The notes: a model not told the origin generated them from the letters alone. A DNA stretch of 64,000 nucleotides from Nitrospirota bacterium (GCA_963710375.1 CAVPZX010000002.1:32001-96000); one strand, 5' to 3'; shown: positions 49,230-61,864, counted from the stretch's first letter. Translations and numbers: made by a program.

Positions 49230-52200
49230 TCAGACTTCTAAGACCCTTGAGCCTTTGATTTTAGCCTTCAGTAACTCAAGCTGGTTTTCAAGTTCAGGCA
49301 TAAGTGCAATAATTGCCTCCATTTGCCCTTTTTCTCCGGCCTTCTGCATATCCGCTGCTATTGCGCTCATTGCCATAAATCCCGTGTTGGCAGCTGCCCC
49401 CTTTATCTTGTGGGCTTGTCGCCCGGCAAGGTACGCATCGCCGCGCACGATCTGATCCCTGAGTTCATCAAGCATCCGGGGGATTTCCTCCATAAATGCC
49501 GCAATAATTCTTCTGGCCAGATCCATGTCATCCATTATGCGCTCCATAAGCCCCGGAAAGTCAAAGACCGGCAATGCTTCTATTGCTGCTGTTTTACAAT
49601 GGGTCATACCAGTTGTCGCCGGCAACTTGACCTGCGCCTGTGGCAGCCATTTTTCAAGCGCCTTAGCCAATTCCTGCAGCGAGATCGGCTTAGAGATATA
49701 ATCGTCCATGCCCCATTGCAGGCATTTCTCCCTGTCACCCTTCATGGCATGGGCAGTCATTGCAATAATTGGGACTTTGGGATTGGCTGCCTTTGTCTTG
49801 CCCCCTCGGATAGCCATGGTCGCCTGATAGCCATCCATAACCGGCATCTGCACATCCATAAAGACTATGTCGTAAGAAGCAGCTTCCAGCATATTGATCG
49901 CCTCCTGGCCATTGTCAGCGGTGTCAGCGCTGAACCCTAATTTGCCGAGAATGCCCAGGGCAACAATTTTATTGACTTTATTATCCTCGACCAGAAGAAT
50001 GCGCACATTCCGCCTGAATGCCTCGCGAAGCCGGTGGCTGGTAATAATATCGGCTTCCCGGGCTTTTTCATGCAAACTGCTCCCACCAAGGACTGCGGCT
50101 ATGCAGTCGTGCAATTGTAACATCCTTACAGGCTTGGTAATATATGCATCAAATCCAAGGCTTGCAAACCGCTTTGCATCTCCCCTCACTCCACTCGATG
50201 TCAACATGACCAGCAAAGTATCCTTCAGGGCAGGGTCGGCCTTGATGACCCTGGCAAGGGCTTCGCCGTCCATGCCGGGCATTTGCATATCAGTAATCAC
50301 AATCCGAAAAGGATCCCCTCCAGCATGAGCGGCATGAAGCATCTCCATTGCCTTTAAAGCGCCTCCGGCCTCGGCATGTCGCACTCCCCACGACTTCATC
50401 TGCTCAGCAATTACAATGCGGTTGACCGCATTGTCGTCAACAGCCAGTATCCTCACCCCGGTGATATCGGCCAATGGGGGCACTTTACTCTTGTCCGGTT
50501 GTTTCCCCTTATCGAACACTGCTGTGAACCAGAAGTTCGAACCCTTCCCTTCTTTGCTTTCAACTCCTATCCTGCCGTTCATTAGTTCAACCAGACGCCT
50601 CGATATGGCCAACCCAAGGCCGCTGCCCCCAAACTTCCTTGATGTCGAGGCATCAACCTGCTGAAAACTGTCAAACAATAAAGGTATTTTGTCTTCTGCT
50701 ATCCCAATGCCCGTATCCCTAATATTGAAGCGCACAGCAACCTGACCGTCTGTTTCATATTCCGTCACCGCTTCGATAACCACCTCGCCCGCTGAGGTGA
50801 ACTTGATGGCATTCCCTATCAGGTTGACTAATATCTGGCGAAGTTGACCGGGGTCGCCTATAAGGAATGTGTGGACGCCAGGATCTATCCGGCATACCAA
50901 CTCAAGACCCTTTTCATGGGCCCGCAGGGCCAGAGATTCCGCAGTTTCCTCAAGCGTGTTTCTTAGATCAAACTCTATTGTCTCTATCTCCAGTTTGCCT
51001 GCCTCTATTTTGGAGAAGTCAAGAATATCGTTGATCAGGCCCAGCAACAGCAGGCCGCTTGAGCGCAACATCTCGCCATAGTTCCTCTGCTCCTCAGAAA
51101 GCTCAGTGTCAAGAAGCAAGCCGGTCATCCCAATGATACCGTTCATCGGGGTGCGGATTTCATGGCTCATGTTAGCCAGGAACTCGCTCTTGGACTTTGT
51201 CGCCGCTTCGGCTGCTTCTTTGGCAATCTTTAGTTCCTCTATCCGCTTTTTCTCCGTGATGTCTTCCAAAATCCCCTCAAAATAAAGGATATGGCCGCTA
51301 TTGTCCCTGACTACATGGCAATTTATAGAGACATCGATGATACTCCTGTCTTTCTTGTAGGCCCTGAATTCAAAATCCTTCACATAACCTTGCGCTTGCA
51401 TCAATGCCCGAAAGTCGTCTCTCCTTCCGGAATCCACGTAGACGTCGTTGGCAAGGTTTTTAATGACTGCTCTACCGTCTTCAGGCGAATCGTATCCCAA
51501 TATCCGCACCGCAGCCGGATTGGTCGTGAGGACGCGGCCGTCCGGCGTCGTCTGGAATATACCCTCCGCAGAGTTGTCAAATATGCTCCGATATTTCTCC
51601 TCTGCCTGCCTCAATTCTTCCTCGGCCTGTTTGCGCTCTGCATAGAGCAGGGCATTCTGGATAGAGATGGCTGCCTGCGATGAGAGTATCCGGAGCACTT
51701 CCATGCGGTCCTGGGTGAATGCGTCAGTGGCCTGGTTATTTTCCAGGTATAGAACGCCGACGATGTCGCCATGCTGCATGACAGGCATGCAGAGGATCGA
51801 AAGGGGCTTCTTCCTGACGATATAGGGGTCACGGCTGAATATGCCCTCAACTGCGGCATTGCTCAAAACAACAGCTTCCTGGGTTCGCACTACGTATCGG
51901 ACAATGGCCTGGGATAGCAAATCGCAGCCGTTGACCTGGAGATTTCCCAGCAGGGTTGCGCTCTCCATTCCCGCCGTGATATGCACCCTGACCATGAGTT
52001 CGCTGTCCTTCTTCATGATCAGGCATCCTTCCTGGGCGCCGGCGCTCTCTATCAGGATGCGCATCACCTTTTTCAGGAGCGTCTCCAGATCGACCTCGCC
52101 CGAGATAGCCTGGGAGGTCTTGATCACACTCCCCAAATCCAGGGCGCCGTCACCCCATTCGTCCGACGAGGGTATAGAAACGCCCACCGTCTGTTTTTCC

Positions 52201-55200
52201 CGCTTTTCCCCCGTAGCTTTTTTTACGGCTTCGGCCAGAAACTGAGGATAAGTCCGTTCCAGATGCCTCACCTTGGCTTTGGCCCCCCAGTTGGCATAGC
52301 AGTAGTGCGCCTCCCTCATATGGAGCCCGGCAATCTCATCATCGCCCCGCCCCATCCAGAACCGGGCGGCCAACTCGTTGGCCAGGGCCTCTTCCTGGAG
52401 GAATTCATTCTCCCCGGCCAAACGGATCGCCTCCCTGAATAATTTCATGGTGGCGTCGAGCTCGCGTCCTTCAACTCTTGCCAGCTCCGCCTCGACCAGC
52501 AACCACTTGTGACGGTTGTTCATCGGAGCATGCTGCGCCCACTTTTTCAACCTCTTCCGGTTTTTAGCCACCACCTTCAAAGACTGCCTCCTCTCCTTCT
52601 TTGTGAACGTAGGAATCATTGCCAGTCTGATAAGGGAGTCATAAAAGAAAAAGACGGTATTCGCGAATGATGCCCTGATGCTGTCAAGATATGCCCGGGC
52701 CTTCCGGAGATTCTCGTATGACCCGGCATATTCCCCGAACAGGAATCCCAGCATGGCTTTGCCTAAAAATACAGCAAAAATGGAGGATCTGTCCCCGGCC
52801 TCGATGTGTAGGGGGAGCATCTCGTCCTCGTTGTAATATTCGCCGGCGAGCCGTGTCGGGTCTTCCCGGTGCTCCACGAGATTCCGCGCCATTTGCTCGA
52901 CTACGCGGATTACGCTCAACGGTGAGAGCTGTTTCAGGTAACCGACGGCCTCGCCGAATCTCGCCATTTCGGCCTCAAGCTTTGCCAGTGGCACTCCGGC
53001 ATAAAAGGAGTGATAACAATAGATCATCGCAGAATAACCGGCATATTCAAGGTCTCCGGTTCCCAGCCCCACTTGATACCCCTCCAGGAGGGGGGCAAGG
53101 GTTGTCCGGACGTGGTCCTTCCAGTGCCCGATGAAGCCATTGAAAATGATCATCGTGCGGGTCTTGCACTCTCTTGCGTTCGGATTTTCCATGAGATGTA
53201 GCCCCAGCAGGCCGAAGCGGTAGCCGTTTTCGATATCATCCATAACTCCGCAGAGTATGAACCCGTAACCGGCGTAAATGGCTGAGGCCAGTGAGGAGTT
53301 ACCGTGACGGAAGGTCAACCGGACACTTTTAAGTATCAGCAGCGGACCCAGGGCGGGCATAGCCCAGTAGGTGCCGGATCTCATGAAGGTCATGATCCTT
53401 GATATGGCGAGGCATCTCGGATCCGACATCTCGGGAAGCGTGAGAAGGTCCTCGATCCTCTTTCCGGCCAGAACACGTTTGGTATACAGGATTGCGAGTA
53501 GGATATGCAGCTTGCCTGGTCTGGCAGGAAACCTCACCCCCAGAAGGCCCAGGATGTGCAGGCCGGCCTGTATGGCCTGCAGGGGCCGGTGCTGTGCCAT
53601 CTCCGCAGGCATCTTAGATTCGTAGATACTTATCTTGTCGAGAACTGTCCGCGCATGTGCAATCACGACCTCTGCCAGACGTTCCATCTCCGTAAAATCA
53701 GTCGTCAGATATGCCGCTTCAGCCGCCTCGCAAAAAAGCGCCAGAGTAAGCGAATACTGGATCTCCCAGCAGTCTTTCTCCAGGTAGGAGATACCCGTGC
53801 TGAGATAACGATAGGCCGGCTCATATGCCGCCGAAACCTTCGCCCTCCTTCCGGCCATGAGGTTCATCTCAGCAAGCCGCTGCCGTTCTTCAGTATCTTT
53901 GATGATTCCACGGCTCAGATTCAAATGATGGACGATCTCAAAGACGCGACCTTCAATGGCTTCCGGTGGCGTGTGGGCCAGCATGGATCTGCCCGCCTTG
54001 AGGTGAAGAACCTCCTTCCGCAAATCGTCGATAAGGGAATAAGATGCCTGCTGAACCCGATCATGCAGAAACCTGTAATATGGGGCTATGCTCTGAACTT
54101 CTGCAGCTCCATCACCAGGCTCCCCGTCCTGTATAAATTTGTAAGCCTCGTCCACAGGGACCACGAGTCCCTCTTCAAGAGCGGGCAATAACCTACGGGC
54201 TGTTTCCGAATAAAGTTCCCCGGAGATAATTGATAACGTGCGCAAATCAAATTGATTGCCAATACAGGACGCGTATTCCAAGATATGTTGCGTTGCAGGA
54301 GGGAGCTTCCGTATCTTTCCGACCATGAAATCGACGACATTTTCGGTAATATCCTGCTCCCGTAGTTTCCCCATTTCCCAGCGCCAGCGCCTGTGTTCTC
54401 CGTCGAATTCAATCAGGCCCTCTCTATAGAGGGTTTGCAGGAACTGATTCAGGAAGAACGGATTGCCATGGGTCTTCTGATAACAGAGCCCGGTCAGTTC
54501 CATAGCTTCATCATCTGTACAGTGCAGCGACTCGGTTATTAGCTGACTGATGTGATTGATGGAAAGAGGAGACAGGATGATCCTGTTCACCAGGGTCCTG
54601 GTCTTCCGTATACTTTCGAGCGTAATCATGAGCGGATGCCCCTCTTCCACCTCGTTGTCACGGTAGGCGCCGATAAGCAGCAGGAAACCGGCCGAAGGAT
54701 CGTTCATGATGAATTCGATCAGTTGCAGCGACGCCTGATCAGCCCACTGCAAGTCATCAAGGAAGAGCACCAGGGGATGGGACGGAGTTGCAAAGGCCCG
54801 GACAAAATTCTGAAAGACATAACGAAACCGGTTCTGCGTCTCCGCAGGGGCAAGGACAGGAATGTCCGCCTGGGCGCCGATAATAAGTTCCACCTCGGGG
54901 ATAACATCCGTCACTACTTTTCCATTGGGCCCCAATGCCAGCAGGATATTTTCCTTCCATTGAGCCAGGGAAGCATCACCCTCCGACAGAAGCTGATGGA
55001 TCAGTTTCCGAAATGCCTCGGTCAGTGAGGCATAAGGGATATTGCGGTTCAACTGATCCAACTTGCCTTCGATAAAATAGCCCTGCTTCTCCACAATAGA
55101 CCGCTGAATTTCATGGACTACTGCCGTCTTGCCGATTCCGGCGTATCCGGTCACCAGCAAGATTTCCGCCCTGCCGGACGATGCTCGTTCAAAAGCCTCA

Positions 55201-56129
55201 AGCAGGCCGGCAACCTCAATATCCCGGCCATACAACTTCTGCGGTATATGGAATGCCGCGGAAAAGTCCTCCCGGCCAAGATCAAATCTCTCTGCGTCGC
55301 CTCCGGCATTGGCGTATTCCAAACATCTTTCCAGATCGGCTCTCAGACCGTATATGCTCTGGTAACGCTCCTCCGCCATTTTCGCCATCAGCTTCATGAT
55401 GATGCCGGAAAGCACGGGAGGAATCTGCGGGTTCAACTCGTGAGGTACGGCAGGTGTTATGGCGATATGGCAGTGCACCAGTTCCAGGGGGTCCCTGTTT
55501 TTGAACGGCGGCTCCCCGGTGAATATCTCATAAAGGGTTGCCCCAAGGGAATACATATCAGTCCGGTAATCCAGGGCACGGTTCATCCGCCCTGTCTGCT
55601 CCGGAGAAATGTACTCCAACGTCCCCTCCAGGGCGCTGGGATGCAGGATGGCTGTCGTAATGCTGCTAAACTCCGTGGCGATGCCGAAATCAATGATCTT
55701 CACCTGGCCGGACTGAGTGTTCCAGAGGATATTGGCAGGATTGAGGTTCTTGTGGATGATCCGCTGTTGATGGATGCTGCCGAGGCATTCAGTGATCTTG
55801 ACGGCCAGGGTCAAGCTGCCCGCAATATCAGGACTGACTGCAGGCACTAACGTGGCGAGGGATTCGCCGCCGAAGTCCTCCTCCACCATGATGAGAGTGT
55901 TTTTGTATTTTTGTAAATCATAAAGTTTGATTACCCCCTGCCCATTCATCTTAGCCGTTATCTCATACTCGCGCCGGAAGCGGGAGCACTCCTCAGATGT
56001 AGGATGCTCCTTGTCCAGAAGCTTGATGATCACGGGCAGTTTGTCCGCTTCCCTCACCGCGAGGTAGATGGAGGCATGGGCGCCTGAGTGGATCTTTTCG
56101 ATGATTTGGAAAGATGGGATTGAAATCAT
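49230..56129 (-). CDS. Multidomain hybrid sensor: Ser/Thr kinase-like, AAA ATPase, GAF, PAS, HisKA/HATPase, 2x REC, HPt
   Basis: [51 protein letters not shown]; two receivers; AHKIKGAA. Confidence 0.95.
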   Translation of the reverse strand: MISIPSFQIIEKIHSGAHASIYLAVREADKLPVIIKLLDKEHPTSEECSRFRREYEITAKMNGQGVIKLYDLQKYKNTLIMVEEDFGGESLATLVPAVSPDIAGSLTLAVKITECLGSIHQQRIIHKNLNPANILWNTQSGQVKIIDFGIATEFSSITTAILHPSALEGTLEYISPEQTGRMNRALDYRTDMYSLGATLYEIFTGEPPFKNRDPLELVHCHIAITPAVPHELNPQIPPVLSGIIMKLMAKMAEERYQSIYGLRADLERCLEYANAGGDAERFDLGREDFSAAFHIPQKLYGRDIEVAGLLEAFERASSGRAEILLVTGYAGIGKTAVVHEIQRSIVEKQGYFIEGKLDQLNRNIPYASLTEAFRKLIHQLLSEGDASLAQWKENILLALGPNGKVVTDVIPEVELIIGAQADIPVLAPAETQNRFRYVFQNFVRAFATPSHPLVLFLDDLQWADQASLQLIEFIMNDPSAGFLLLIGAYRDNEVEEGHPLMITLESIRKTRTLVNRIILSPLSINHISQLITESLHCTDDEAMELTGLCYQKTHGNPFFLNQFLQTLYREGLIEFDGEHRRWRWEMGKLREQDITENVVDFMVGKIRKLPPATQHILEYASCIGNQFDLRTLSIISGELYSETARRLLPALEEGLVVPVDEAYKFIQDGEPGDGAAEVQSIAPYYRFLHDRVQQASYSLIDDLRKEVLHLKAGRSMLAHTPPEAIEGRVFEIVHHLNLSRGIIKDTEERQRLAEMNLMAGRRAKVSAAYEPAYRYLSTGISYLEKDCWEIQYSLTLALFCEAAEAAYLTTDFTEMERLAEVVIAHARTVLDKISIYESKMPAEMAQHRPLQAIQAGLHILGLLGVRFPARPGKLHILLAILYTKRVLAGKRIEDLLTLPEMSDPRCLAISRIMTFMRSGTYWAMPALGPLLILKSVRLTFRHGNSSLASAIYAGYGFILCGVMDDIENGYRFGLLGLHLMENPNARECKTRTMIIFNGFIGHWKDHVRTTLAPLLEGYQVGLGTGDLEYAGYSAMIYCYHSFYAGVPLAKLEAEMARFGEAVGYLKQLSPLSVIRVVEQMARNLVEHREDPTRLAGEYYNEDEMLPLHIEAGDRSSIFAVFLGKAMLGFLFGEYAGSYENLRKARAYLDSIRASFANTVFFFYDSLIRLAMIPTFTKKERRQSLKVVAKNRKRLKKWAQHAPMNNRHKWLLVEAELARVEGRELDATMKLFREAIRLAGENEFLQEEALANELAARFWMGRGDDEIAGLHMREAHYCYANWGAKAKVRHLERTYPQFLAEAVKKATGEKREKQTVGVSIPSSDEWGDGALDLGSVIKTSQAISGEVDLETLLKKVMRILIESAGAQEGCLIMKKDSELMVRVHITAGMESATLLGNLQVNGCDLLSQAIVRYVVRTQEAVVLSNAAVEGIFSRDPYIVRKKPLSILCMPVMQHGDIVGVLYLENNQATDAFTQDRMEVLRILSSQAAISIQNALLYAERKQAEEELRQAEEKYRSIFDNSAEGIFQTTPDGRVLTTNPAAVRILGYDSPEDGRAVIKNLANDVYVDSGRRDDFRALMQAQGYVKDFEFRAYKKDRSIIDVSINCHVVRDNSGHILYFEGILEDITEKKRIEELKIAKEAAEAATKSKSEFLANMSHEIRTPMNGIIGMTGLLLDTELSEEQRNYGEMLRSSGLLLLGLINDILDFSKIEAGKLEIETIEFDLRNTLEETAESLALRAHEKGLELVCRIDPGVHTFLIGDPGQLRQILVNLIGNAIKFTSAGEVVIEAVTEYETDGQVAVRFNIRDTGIGIAEDKIPLLFDSFQQVDASTSRKFGGSGLGLAISRRLVELMNGRIGVESKEGKGSNFWFTAVFDKGKQPDKSKVPPLADITGVRILAVDDNAVNRIVIAEQMKSWGVRHAEAGGALKAMEMLHAAHAGGDPFRIVITDMQMPGMDGEALARVIKADPALKDTLLVMLTSSGVRGDAKRFASLGFDAYITKPVRMLQLHDCIAAVLGGSSLHEKAREADIITSHRLREAFRRNVRILLVEDNKVNKIVALGILGKLGFSADTADNGQEAINMLEAASYDIVFMDVQMPVMDGYQATMAIRGGKTKAANPKVPIIAMTAHAMKGDREKCLQWGMDDYISKPISLQELAKALEKWLPQAQVKLPATTGMTHCKTAAIEALPVFDFPGLMERIMDDMDLARRIIAAFMEEIPRMLDELRDQIVRGDAYLAGRQAHKIKGAAANTGFMAMSAIAADMQKAGEKGQMEAIIALMPELENQLELLKAKIKGSRVLEV

Positions 56130-56516
56130 AAATTATGCCCCTTCAAGGGAGACGGCCGCGATTGAGTCGAACTGACCGGTTTCTCCATATATCCGAGGTT
56201 AAGACCTGTTTTATGCTTTTTACCGCCTGTTTTACCGGATGTGGGCACCTTGATGAGGCACTCAGTCATTATTGTTCACCTGAATCCGTGGTATGGTTCT
56301 TGTTGAGGTGGATAGGACTGTCTGTAACCCTGACAAGATAGTCCATTTTCCTCTGTTTCCGACCCACTATCATAATTTAAGTATCTGTCAACTTCATATA
56401 TTTCTACCAGTAACCCACACAATTAATCAACAGAAAAATATGCGGACTTTCAGGTGTTGTTTGTATGCCGTCCCTTGATATTTAATTAAACTTGCCAGGT
56501 TTGTGACACGTCCAAT

Positions 56517-57896
56517 TTACGACATACTCCTCACTCCCTTAAGTATTTCCTCACCCAGTTTGTAGACATCGCCGGCCCCCAGTGTCAGAAGCACATCGCC
56601 CGGCGCCGCATCACGAACAATCGCCTCAACCATTTCCTTACGGTCAGCTTCGTAATGTATAGTGCCTGTGGCGTTTCTTTTTATAGTCCTCGATAGAACT
56701 TCTGCGGTGATTCCCCGTATTGGCTGTTCCCCTGCAGGATAGATATCCATAAGATAAAGCCTGTCCACATCCGTGAAACTCACGGCAAACTCGTCCATCA
56801 AATCCCTTGTCCTCGTAAACCTGTGGGGCTGAAATAAAACAATAAGCCTGTTATTCGCAAAACATTCACGGGCGGCTTTCAGCGTAGCAGCTATTTCCGA
56901 TGGATGATGCCCGTAATCATCATAAACCTTTACCCCCTTCGCCTCTCCCTTAAACTCGAACCTGCGGTGTATACCGCTAAATTTCTTGAGAGCTTTTGAT
57001 ATACTGTCAACAGGAATTTGCAATTCCACGGCGGTAGCTATTGCGGCAAGGCTGTTCAAAACATTGTGCAGGCCTGGGATGGGTATTGTGAAGTTCCCAA
57101 GAGAGAGCCCGCGCATCACCGGCTCAAAGCTCATCCTCGTCCCTTCGTTACTGATATTACGGGCAAATATGTCCGCAGTATCGCTGAGTCCGTATGTCAG
57201 TGCCTTCCGTTCTATGTAAGGGATGATTTCCCTTGTATACCTGTTCTCTGCGCAAACAACGGCGATCCCGTAGAATGGTATCTTATTGATGAAAGCTAAA
57301 AAAGCTGATTTCAAAGTTTCCATATCCTTAAAGAAATCCATATGTTCCCTGTCAATGTTGGTAATGACAGCTATCGTCGGGTTAAGCTTTAGAAAAGATC
57401 CGTCACTTTCGTCGGCTTCGGCAACGATGTAATCACCTTGTCCAAGTTTAGCGTTGCTGCCGATAGCATTAAGCTTCCCGCCTATAACCACTGTAGGATC
57501 GAGCCCCCCCTCGCCTAGGGTTGTAGCAATAAGTGAAGTAGTGGTTGTCTTGCCATGCGCCCCTGCCACCAGTATGCCGTATTTAAGCCTGCCCAGTTCG
57601 GCAAGCATTTCAGCACGGGGAATGACGGGAATGTATCTCTTGTTTGCCTCAACCACCTCAGGATTGACCGACGAGACAGCGGAAGATATTACCACCACGT
57701 GAGCATGGTCTATATTTTCACTGGCGTGTCCTATGTATACCTTTATCCCAAGGTTTCTCAATCTGTACGTTGTCTCGGTTTCCCTGAGATCAGAGCCCGT
57801 CACCTCGTAGCCAAGATTGTGCAGCACCTCGGCAATTCCGCTCATACCAACGCCGCCGATCCCGACAAAATGAACAACCCTGTATTTGTTAAACAT
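56517..57896 (-). CDS. murC: UDP-N-acetylmuramate--L-alanine ligase
   Basis: HFVGIGGVGMSGIA, GAHGKTTTT, EADESD, DDYGHHP, FQPHRFTR. Confidence 0.98.
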   Translation of the reverse strand: MFNKYRVVHFVGIGGVGMSGIAEVLHNLGYEVTGSDLRETETTYRLRNLGIKVYIGHASENIDHAHVVVISSAVSSVNPEVVEANKRYIPVIPRAEMLAELGRLKYGILVAGAHGKTTTTSLIATTLGEGGLDPTVVIGGKLNAIGSNAKLGQGDYIVAEADESDGSFLKLNPTIAVITNIDREHMDFFKDMETLKSAFLAFINKIPFYGIAVVCAENRYTREIIPYIERKALTYGLSDTADIFARNISNEGTRMSFEPVMRGLSLGNFTIPIPGLHNVLNSLAAIATAVELQIPVDSISKALKKFSGIHRRFEFKGEAKGVKVYDDYGHHPSEIAATLKAARECFANNRLIVLFQPHRFTRTRDLMDEFAVSFTDVDRLYLMDIYPAGEQPIRGITAEVLSRTIKRNATGTIHYEADRKEMVEAIVRDAAPGDVLLTLGAGDVYKLGEEILKGVRSMS

Positions 57897-57916
57897 ATGA
57901 TTCCTCCAAAAGAAGC

Positions 57917-58007
57917 AAGGTTGAGGTTGAGGTTGAGGTTGAGGTTAAGAAAAGGCCCGCCAAGCCTGTCTTAGTTTTCGCTTTTGCTCAACCTCAACCT
58001 TAACCTT
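57917..58007. repeat. Inverted pair of 6-bp tandem arrays (AGGTTG / CTCAAC) forming a hairpin
   Basis: (aggttg)x4-aggtta ... ctcaac-ctcaac-cttaac-ctt between murG and murC. Confidence 0.85.
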
Positions 58008-59113
58008 TACCTTGTTTCTTTATTCTTTGTCAGACTCAGTGCGATATCAACGACTTTTTCTGCGGCATCAATCCTGCCGAACACCGCTGAGGCATTCTGC
58101 ATTTCACGACGTGCATGTTCGTCGCCATAAAGCTCCCTGATACAATCCGCCAGAACCTCACCAGTTAAAGACTTGTCCAGCACTATCCTCGCAGCACCCA
58201 TGTCCTCAAGTTTTCTTGCATTGTATTCCTGATGGTTGGATGCAGCGTACGGATAAGGAATCAAGAGTGCCGGTTTTCCTATGGCCGTTATTTCAGCCAA
58301 CGTTGTTGCCCCGGCCCTGCAGATGACCATGTCGGCTACAGTGTATGCTTCTGCCATCTGATAGATGAAAGGCGCCACAATGCCCTTAAATCCAAGCCTT
58401 CTGTATGCCTCCATTACTTTCTCATAATCCTTGTCCCCGGTTTGATGAAGGAACTGAATATTTTGCCTTAGATCCAGCATGTAATTCAACGCTTCTATAG
58501 TGGAGTTGTTTATGCTGCTCGCACCGAGGCTCCCGCCCGAAATAAAAACCGTAAACAGTTTTTTGTCAAGATGGAATAATTCATCCGCTTTTAGCTCATC
58601 TTTATGCAGTATATGTTTCCTTACAGGATTACCGGTCAAAAATGTCTTTTCAGCAGGAAAATAACCGATACTTTCCTGATAAGTCACGGCAATAGCATCA
58701 ACGAATTTCCCCAGGAATTTATTTGCAAAACCAGGCACCGAATTCTGTTCCAGTATCATGGTCGGTATGCCTTTAATATGGGCAGACAGCAGCATGCCGA
58801 CAGACGCGTAACCGCCGACACCGATAACAAGGGACGGTCTTACGAGCCTGATGATTCGGTAGGAATCAAAAATCGACAAGAGGAAAACAGCAAGCGCTCT
58901 TACTTTCCTGAAAAAAGATTTTCCGACAAGACCCTCAGCCCTGACATACTTTATCGCATAGCCTTCCCGTGGTATTACACGCGCCTCTATTCCATGAACA
59001 GTCCCGACAAAGAGTATATCTACGGCAAGACCTCTCCCCCTGAACTCTTCCGCCACCGCAATCCCCGGGAATAGATGCCCTCCGGTACCGCCACCCGCAA
59101 TGACAACTTTCAT
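58007..59113 (-). CDS. murG: Undecaprenyl-PP-MurNAc-pentapeptide GlcNAc transferase
   Basis: GGGTGGH, GGYAS, EQN, TGNPVR, GGSLGA, HQEYNA. Confidence 0.98.
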   Translation of the reverse strand: MKVVIAGGGTGGHLFPGIAVAEEFRGRGLAVDILFVGTVHGIEARVIPREGYAIKYVRAEGLVGKSFFRKVRALAVFLLSIFDSYRIIRLVRPSLVIGVGGYASVGMLLSAHIKGIPTMILEQNSVPGFANKFLGKFVDAIAVTYQESIGYFPAEKTFLTGNPVRKHILHKDELKADELFHLDKKLFTVFISGGSLGASSINNSTIEALNYMLDLRQNIQFLHQTGDKDYEKVMEAYRRLGFKGIVAPFIYQMAEAYTVADMVICRAGATTLAEITAIGKPALLIPYPYAASNHQEYNARKLEDMGAARIVLDKSLTGEVLADCIRELYGDEHARREMQNASAVFGRIDAAEKVVDIALSLTKNKETR

Positions 59114-60435
59114 CGCCGCGGTCCGCTACGTGACCCAATTAATCGCCGTGTTCCGGAGGTCCCACGATGCTCCCGGCTTTGCCAGTATCCTCTCTGCCAC
59201 TGATATCTGCCTGATAGCTGAAGCGAACGGCTGTCAGTCCGGTTTCTGCTCTGCGAAGATACCGCATCGGCATTAGAACTGAAAGACTGCCGGCTGGGAG
59301 AAGGCTTGTCACGCTCTGCTTCAGCCCCCTGGCGATGGTTCCTCGAAACGTTCAGCAGCAAGCCTACAGCAGTCATACTTGTAAGGAGCGATGAACCACC
59401 GTAGCTTATAAACGGCAACGGCAATCCCTTAGTTGGAAGCATGCCCGTGACCACCGCAAAATTAAAGATAGCCTGTATGGCTATCATTATGGATAAACCA
59501 TAGGCAAGGTAGTAGTGGAAGGGCTCCGCTGCTTTCCGTGCAATTGAAATGCCCTTGAGAAAGAATATGAAGAAGAGAAGTGCCACCAGAACGGCTCCTA
59601 TAAAGCCTAATTCTTCTCCGATCATTGAGAAAATAAAATCCGTGTGCACCTCGGGCAGAAAAAAAAGCTTTTGTTTACCTTCGCCGAGTCCGACACCGGT
59701 AAGTCCGCCGCTTCCCAGTGCAATAAATGACTGTACAAGCTGGAATCCGCTGCCCTGCGGGTCCTTCCATGGGTCGAGGAATGCAGCAATCCTCTTCCAG
59801 CGATAAGGTTCAGACAGAAGTTTGGTGATGACAGGGATGGCCAATATCCCGAGAGAAAAAATATAGCTCAATCTTATACCCGAAAGGAACAGCATGGACA
59901 TGGTCAGCAGGCCAAGACTCATCGCAGCACCGAAATCAGGCTGCTTCAGGAAAACAACCTGGAATACCCCCATTATAAGTATGGGGACAACAAACGAACC
60001 GAATTTTTCCTTGTTGTACTGCGCCCTGCTCATGAAATACGACATAAACAGCACCATGCATAATTTTACCAGTTCAGAGGGCTGAAAGGCGGAGGGCCAA
60101 ATCCTTATCCACCTCCTGGCCCCGCCGGCGGTAATGCCGAATTTTGTAAAAACCATAAGCAAACAGACAAAAGATATAACAAGCAGGGGAATCGACATTT
60201 TCCGCACCAAACTGAGCGGCATTTTAAAGGCTATAAACATGGCAATGAACCCCAGGGCCATCGTTAAAAGCTGTTTTTTAATAAAACCGAACTGGCTGAC
60301 CATCAGCCCTCTTTTATGGAACTTCTCAAGCAGGTCAGGAGAAATTACAGAGGTGGAACTGTAGACAGCAGTCAAACCGACCAGTATCAGCAGGAGCACG
60401 ACAAACAGGAGCCACCGGTCATATGACTGTTTCAT
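59110..60435 (-). CDS. ftsW: SEDS peptidoglycan polymerase FtsW
   Basis: GARRWI, QPSE, QPDFG, LPEVHTDFI, PFISYGGSS; between murD and murG. Confidence 0.96.
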   Translation of the reverse strand: MKQSYDRWLLFVVLLLILVGLTAVYSSTSVISPDLLEKFHKRGLMVSQFGFIKKQLLTMALGFIAMFIAFKMPLSLVRKMSIPLLVISFVCLLMVFTKFGITAGGARRWIRIWPSAFQPSELVKLCMVLFMSYFMSRAQYNKEKFGSFVVPILIMGVFQVVFLKQPDFGAAMSLGLLTMSMLFLSGIRLSYIFSLGILAIPVITKLLSEPYRWKRIAAFLDPWKDPQGSGFQLVQSFIALGSGGLTGVGLGEGKQKLFFLPEVHTDFIFSMIGEELGFIGAVLVALLFFIFFLKGISIARKAAEPFHYYLAYGLSIMIAIQAIFNFAVVTGMLPTKGLPLPFISYGGSSLLTSMTAVGLLLNVSRNHRQGAEAERDKPSPSRQSFSSNADAVSSQSRNRTDSRSLQLSGRYQWQRGYWQSREHRGTSGTRRLIGSRSGPRR

Positions 60436-61832
60436 AAGTTTCCCACGAGCTCCTTGAATTGTCTTCCCCTGTGTTCAAAGTCTCTGAACATATCAAAGCT
60501 GGCACAGGCCGGAGAAAGCATCACAACATCTCCGGGCGATGCAAGCTCCTTCGCCTTTGCAACAGCTTCCCCGAGACTATTTCCCATAAATATCTCTGTG
60601 CTGTCGCCCACAGCCTTTTTTATTTTGTCCCTTGCCTCGCCGATAAGCACAAGCGCTTTCACTTTGTCTCTGATAAAAGGCTTCAATCCCGTAAAATCTC
60701 CGTCTTTGTCCCTTCCTCCGGCAATAAGGACAATAGGTCTGTCAAAGCTTTCGAGTGATTTGACGACAGCACCTACATTAGTTCCCTTAGAATCGTTAAT
60801 AAACGTAATGCCGTCCATCTCACGCACAAATTCAAGCCTGTGTTCGAGTCCCGGGAATTCCGCCAGGGCATCGGCAACTGCACCTGACTCGCATCCGGAC
60901 AGGAGCGCCATTAACGACGCCGCCATAGCATTTTCTATATTATGCACGCCCTTTATCTTAAAGGCTGATGGATTGAGAGTGAAGGAAGATAATCCCGGCA
61001 AACTGAAATAGATAACTCCATTTTTATAATATGCGCCAGTAACCTCTCTCTTTCTGCTGAAGTAAAAAATCTGAGGTCCCCCGTGATTTCTTTCTTTCTG
61101 AGGCAAATGACTGCCGGTCCTTTTCAATACCTCCACGTTCATAGGGTCATCCGCATTAAGTACGATAAAGTCCAGATGGTCCTGATTCAAAAAAATCCTG
61201 CACTTTGAGTCGATGTAATCCGACATAGAGCGGTAGCGGTCCAGGTGGTCAGGCGTTATATTAAGGATTGCCGCCACGTGAGGTTTGAAGGCGTGTACCG
61301 TATCGAGCTGGAAACTGGATACTTCCGCCACAATAAAGTCAGGAAATTGCATTGGACCGCCGTTCATTTCTACCAGCGCAAGGGTCAAGGAGTTGCCGAT
61401 GTTGCCGCCCAGAAGCGTCGAAAAACCTCCCTTCTTCAGCATCGAATTCAGAAGAGAGGTAGTTGTTGATTTTCCATTCGTGCCGGTTATGGCAAGGAAA
61501 GTTGTTTTATGACTGCCGGCTGATAGATAGGCAAGCTCCAACTCGCCGATTATAGTGATACCCTTTTCCGAAGCCGCCTTCAATGGCGCAATGGAAAGCG
61601 GTACACCGGGGCTGACTACAATAAGGTCTGCTGCCTCGAATAATTCCACCGGATGGCCGCCCAGAGAATACAGTATGCCGGGCTGCAGTTCCTCGATATA
61701 CGGTCCCAGTTCTTCAGGTTTTTTTTTATCAGTTACAGTAACCGACGCGCCAAGCTGATGAAGCAGGTTGGCTGCACCAACCCCACTCCTCGCAAGACCG
61801 ACAACAATAACCTTCTTGCCCGTCACATCCAT
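60432..61832 (-). CDS. murD: UDP-MurNAc-L-Ala--D-glutamate ligase
   Basis: GLARSG, ITGTNGKSTT, EVSSFQL, NDSKGTN, LSPACASFD. Confidence 0.98.
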   Translation of the reverse strand: MDVTGKKVIVVGLARSGVGAANLLHQLGASVTVTDKKKPEELGPYIEELQPGILYSLGGHPVELFEAADLIVVSPGVPLSIAPLKAASEKGITIIGELELAYLSAGSHKTTFLAITGTNGKSTTTSLLNSMLKKGGFSTLLGGNIGNSLTLALVEMNGGPMQFPDFIVAEVSSFQLDTVHAFKPHVAAILNITPDHLDRYRSMSDYIDSKCRIFLNQDHLDFIVLNADDPMNVEVLKRTGSHLPQKERNHGGPQIFYFSRKREVTGAYYKNGVIYFSLPGLSSFTLNPSAFKIKGVHNIENAMAASLMALLSGCESGAVADALAEFPGLEHRLEFVREMDGITFINDSKGTNVGAVVKSLESFDRPIVLIAGGRDKDGDFTGLKPFIRDKVKALVLIGEARDKIKKAVGDSTEIFMGNSLGEAVAKAKELASPGDVVMLSPACASFDMFRDFEHRGRQFKELVGNL

Positions 61833-61864
61833 TGCCGTTCTTCCAAAACCGGTAAGGGGAGATA

